From a virus (lineage: Duplodnaviria; Caudoviricetes): a DNA stretch of 64,000 bases. Positions 60,879 to 64,000 of this stretch are shown in pieces. The stretch lies in the IMG/VR virus record IMGVR_UViG_3300021426_000072, positions 63,248-127,247 of that record; one strand, 5' to 3'. The notes beneath the pieces were generated by a model. The model was not told the origin of the DNA. It did not search any database and was given only the letters and a program-made list of their open reading frames with translations. How positions within the stretch are numbered: position 1 is the stretch's first letter; the number at the start of each line of letters is the position of its first letter. Both the position numbers and the translations under genes were made by a program.

Positions 60879-63092
60879 TTATGATCCTTTGACTGTTACG
60901 TTTCCGCCGACATCGGTAAATGTAAAATTTCCTGCGGCGGTTCTTATAGTAAATTCTTTATTCGTTGTTAATGTAACACTTGTTAGGTATATTGATTTTG
61001 GTAATGCAGAATAAGTATTTTCAGCTAATTGGTTTATCGTCCCAGATACCCATCCGGGAGACGAAGTAGAGCAAGTCACTTGGGATCTTGTCATTTGGCA
61101 ATTTGCTGTTATTGTTATTCCGCTAGTATTTGTTTCACTGTGTCCAAAGTTTGTTCCACTAAACGTAGGTGTCCCAGACACAGTACCCCCTGAAATAGAC
61201 GGTGCTGCCATTTTAATTGGCACATAAGTAATAGAACTATATTTCTGGGATGTTTTTGCTGTTGCTGTTCCAGATACAGATATAGCTCCTGTTAATGTTT
61301 TAGGTGCGTATCCGGCAGATGTAACACTAGCTGTTCCTGATCCACTAATGGAAGCAGTTGTTCCAGCTTGGTTTGCGGAAGCATTTGCTCTTACTGCAAC
61401 ATAAACACCTTCAGTGGGAACTATTGTTTGTTCTGATCCAGACGAAGCATCTGTAACACCTCCAGGAAGGCTTACTCTTTCTACAGTGACGTTACCCGGA
61501 GCAACAGTGACTGTGCAGGATGCATTTGAAACGCTTCCAGAAATTGTTGCTTTTTTTAGATACAATGCACTTCCAGGATTAACATTTGGAGTTACCGTCC
61601 AAGAAGTACTCGACTGTTCATCTACCGTTCCCCCAGCAATATATCCTCCTGTAGACACGCTTATGCGTGCTTTTGCTTTTGCTGTACCTGAAGAAGCAGT
61701 TCCAGAGGGCTCTATTGTCCAATAGTCAGTTCCATTTGTTCCTGAAGGTGCAGAAGAAACACAAATCGACGTAATGGTTCCTTGCGTTTTAGGAGTAACA
61801 GAAGGAACTGTTGCAACTCCCTGATCAGTAACAGAAAGACTGAAAGAAGCCGAAGGAATCGTTTTTGTTATAGCTGTTGTTCCCGTATATTTTTGTGTAC
61901 CAACAGAAATAACGTTATTATTAATTGTAATGTCCGACGCTTGAAGGTTTGTAATTGAACCAGAAACTATCTTACCTTCATTGTTGTAAGCGGTTGTTCC
62001 ACTTAATATGTTCGCAGATGTCACAGATGCGCCAACAGAAGCAGCATCAGGAACTAAGCGAGCAAGACTAATCTTTAAATTATCAGTATAGCCTTGATTT
62101 ATATAGAGATAACCGCCTGAAATAAGAACAGGAGCATCTGTCGTCGAAGATATGTCAACGTAAGTAACACCTTCTTCAGCCGAATTAGAAAAAACAGCAG
62201 GCCCTATTTCACCTGACTGTACATATCCAGAAAGCCAATATGCATATCCTCTTGTTGCAGATGATCCGCTTACTGTTGTAACTGTCTGATTGATTGTTCT
62301 ATCAGGTAACGATCCTTTTACTTCTGCACCATTTGCCCATGCTGTATAGCCAGTTCTTATTGCCGAGGCTGAAGCAATAGAACCAGAAGATTGAGTTCCT
62401 GATTTAGTGAAAGTTCCAGAAACACCAAATATAGAAACCCCGCTTTTTATTTTCGATGCTTCGAGATTGGCATCTCCCAAAATTGTCTGAGTTCCCAATG
62501 TGAAAGATAATTCGGGCAATGTCTGATTTTGTGTTGAAGGCGTTATTGTTTGTCCCGGTATCGTGTCCATTTGGAATGATGAACTTCCCGATACAGAAAC
62601 AGCTCCTGCCGTGCCACTAGAAACATAACCAGAAATAACTGTTGGAGTTATTGATTTACTTCCACTGTATGAAGCTGTTATTTTTCCGTTCTCGTCAATT
62701 TCTATCGTCGGGTTTTGCGTGATTGTTGTAGCCGGAGTTTTTGCCGACCCTGTAGCTATACTTTTTTCAGCGGCAACAGCGTAATAGCCAGATGGAACTG
62801 TGACAGTTTTTCCTGAAACAGTCAAATCTGTACTTGTTTTTGTTGGAATAGTTCCTGTTATTTGGATTCCTTTAGAGTGAGCTGTTTTGCCTAAAAGTAA
62901 ATCTGCAGCAGTAGCTGTATCATTTTCTGTTTCTTCACTGATTGTTGGAATCTGATTGATTGCAACAGAAAAACCTGTTGTCATATTCCAAATTAAATTT
63001 TCTTCTTGTCCAGTTTTAGCTCTTATGGCATTGGCAGTAGCAGTTAAAGCGCCATCAAGCTGAACACTATCTATTAACTTGTCAGCAGGCAT
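60879..63092 (-). CDS. Ser/Thr/Gly-rich tail fibre or receptor-binding protein
   Basis: ATAADLLLGKTA, NLEASKIKSGVSIFGVSGT and related repeats. Confidence 0.65.
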   Translation of the reverse strand: MPADKLIDSVQLDGALTATANAIRAKTGQEENLIWNMTTGFSVAINQIPTISEETENDTATAADLLLGKTAHSKGIQITGTIPTKTSTDLTVSGKTVTVPSGYYAVAAEKSIATGSAKTPATTITQNPTIEIDENGKITASYSGSKSITPTVISGYVSSGTAGAVSVSGSSSFQMDTIPGQTITPSTQNQTLPELSFTLGTQTILGDANLEASKIKSGVSIFGVSGTFTKSGTQSSGSIASASAIRTGYTAWANGAEVKGSLPDRTINQTVTTVSGSSATRGYAYWLSGYVQSGEIGPAVFSNSAEEGVTYVDISSTTDAPVLISGGYLYINQGYTDNLKISLARLVPDAASVGASVTSANILSGTTAYNNEGKIVSGSITNLQASDITINNNVISVGTQKYTGTTAITKTIPSASFSLSVTDQGVATVPSVTPKTQGTITSICVSSAPSGTNGTDYWTIEPSGTASSGTAKAKARISVSTGGYIAGGTVDEQSSTSWTVTPNVNPGSALYLKKATISGSVSNASCTVTVAPGNVTVERVSLPGGVTDASSGSEQTIVPTEGVYVAVRANASANQAGTTASISGSGTASVTSAGYAPKTLTGAISVSGTATAKTSQKYSSITYVPIKMAAPSISGGTVSGTPTFSGTNFGHSETNTSGITITANCQMTRSQVTCSTSSPGWVSGTINQLAENTYSALPKSIYLTSVTLTTNKEFTIRTAAGNFTFTDVGGNVTVKGS

Positions 63093-64000
63093 TAATAACT
63101 ACCTCCTTGCCATACAGCCATTGCTGTTGCTTCGACGTTCCCTTCCGAATTAACAATTAAAAATTTACCTGAGTTTTCAGAGCCTTGCACTAAGGCAACA
63201 GCTCCGACATCGGAAGAGGCGAGAGTTACGTTTGCAGACAAAGCTTTGCCGTTTATTGTTCTGCTTGTAGGCACAAATCCGCTAACTGTGTGAGTATGAG
63301 TGCCAAAAGCTGTTATATGTCCTTGCGCATCGAAAGTAACATAAGGCACAGCTAAAGTAGAACCACTTGTCGCTGAACTTGTTCCTACTGTGCCTGCGGT
63401 AACAGTATTTGTATGTTTGAATTGAGTTCCGTTTAACGTTATACCGCCTGTAGCTGTATATGTCGTGTTATTGTCTGGAATTGTTATTACTGAAGGCTCA
63501 CCAACGGAAGGTGTAAAAGTAAGAATATGTCCATCATTCGTATCTTGTGTTAATGAGTATGTTGTATTTGAAGAGGTTATTGTGACAATACCAGAACTAT
63601 TGGTTATTGTTACGTTACTTCCGTTTACCAAATCCAACGCTGTTGAAGATGTATTTGATAGAATTTGAGTTCCGTTTATTTTAATTGGTCTGTATTTATT
63701 CGGATTTGCAGCAATTTTTCCAGACACAACAGAGAGGCCAGTGACATGTCCTTTCCCATCCGTATTTAAAGTAAGCCCTTTCACGACGTCTATACCCCAC
63801 GCTGCTGAGGCTCCAGAAGCATTGGCTGTTATATCCGATGAAGCGTCGGAAACTGGAGTGTAATGAGTGGCAGAAGATGTTACTGTTGTATCAGTATTAT
63901 TATCTGGAATTATAATCGTTGTTGCGCTTCCGATTGACGGAGTTAGCGTAATAATATGACCATCTTCTGAATCTTGAGTAAGAGTATATGTCGTATTATT
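63092..64000 (-). CDS. Tail fibre protein, 5'-truncated by the window end
   Basis: Frame open from 64000; internal repeat NTTY.LTQD..DGHI.T.TPS.G....I.IPDNNT; VPTSRTINGKALSANVTL..SDVGA. Confidence 0.7.
   Translation of the reverse strand, partial: NNTTYTLTQDSEDGHIITLTPSIGSATTIIIPDNNTDTTVTSSATHYTPVSDASSDITANASGASAAWGIDVVKGLTLNTDGKGHVTGLSVVSGKIAANPNKYRPIKINGTQILSNTSSTALDLVNGSNVTITNSSGIVTITSSNTTYSLTQDTNDGHILTFTPSVGEPSVITIPDNNTTYTATGGITLNGTQFKHTNTVTAGTVGTSSATSGSTLAVPYVTFDAQGHITAFGTHTHTVSGFVPTSRTINGKALSANVTLASSDVGAVALVQGSENSGKFLIVNSEGNVEATAMAVWQGGSY

Overview
A 64-kb segment of a large, AT-rich, temperate tailed-phage genome, probably infecting Clostridia/Bacillota (inferred from gene families and strong RBSs). 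Positions 1-58 kb are co-directional on the + strand: early/accessory genes, 9 tRNAs, several tRNA-like and other structured RNAs, a YonO-like single-subunit RNA polymerase, a replication/recombination block (Sak-like annealase, SSB, primase-helicase, PD-(D/E)XK nuclease, DnaE, RuvC-like resolvase), a ThyX-like gene split by a group I intron, and xis/integrase with an intact attP containing the 3' half of tRNA-Ser(GCT). Positions 58-64 kb hold lysis and tail-fibre genes on the - strand. The strongest novelty is at 16465-18245: a stand-alone Cas7/RAMP-like gene and a partner gene followed by a 9-unit non-coding array. The array has only an 11-nt repeat (GGCAGTCNNGG), unit lengths that step by 5 nt, and a G at every 5th position of the variable part, which suggests a non-CRISPR RNA-guided system with a gapped code. 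The second is at 22994-28429: a Ubl-E2-JAB-E1 ubiquitin-like operon running into a GC-rich ncRNA candidate, a retron-like reverse transcriptase and a long hairpin. All protein assignments come from motif recognition by eye; no database searches were run.
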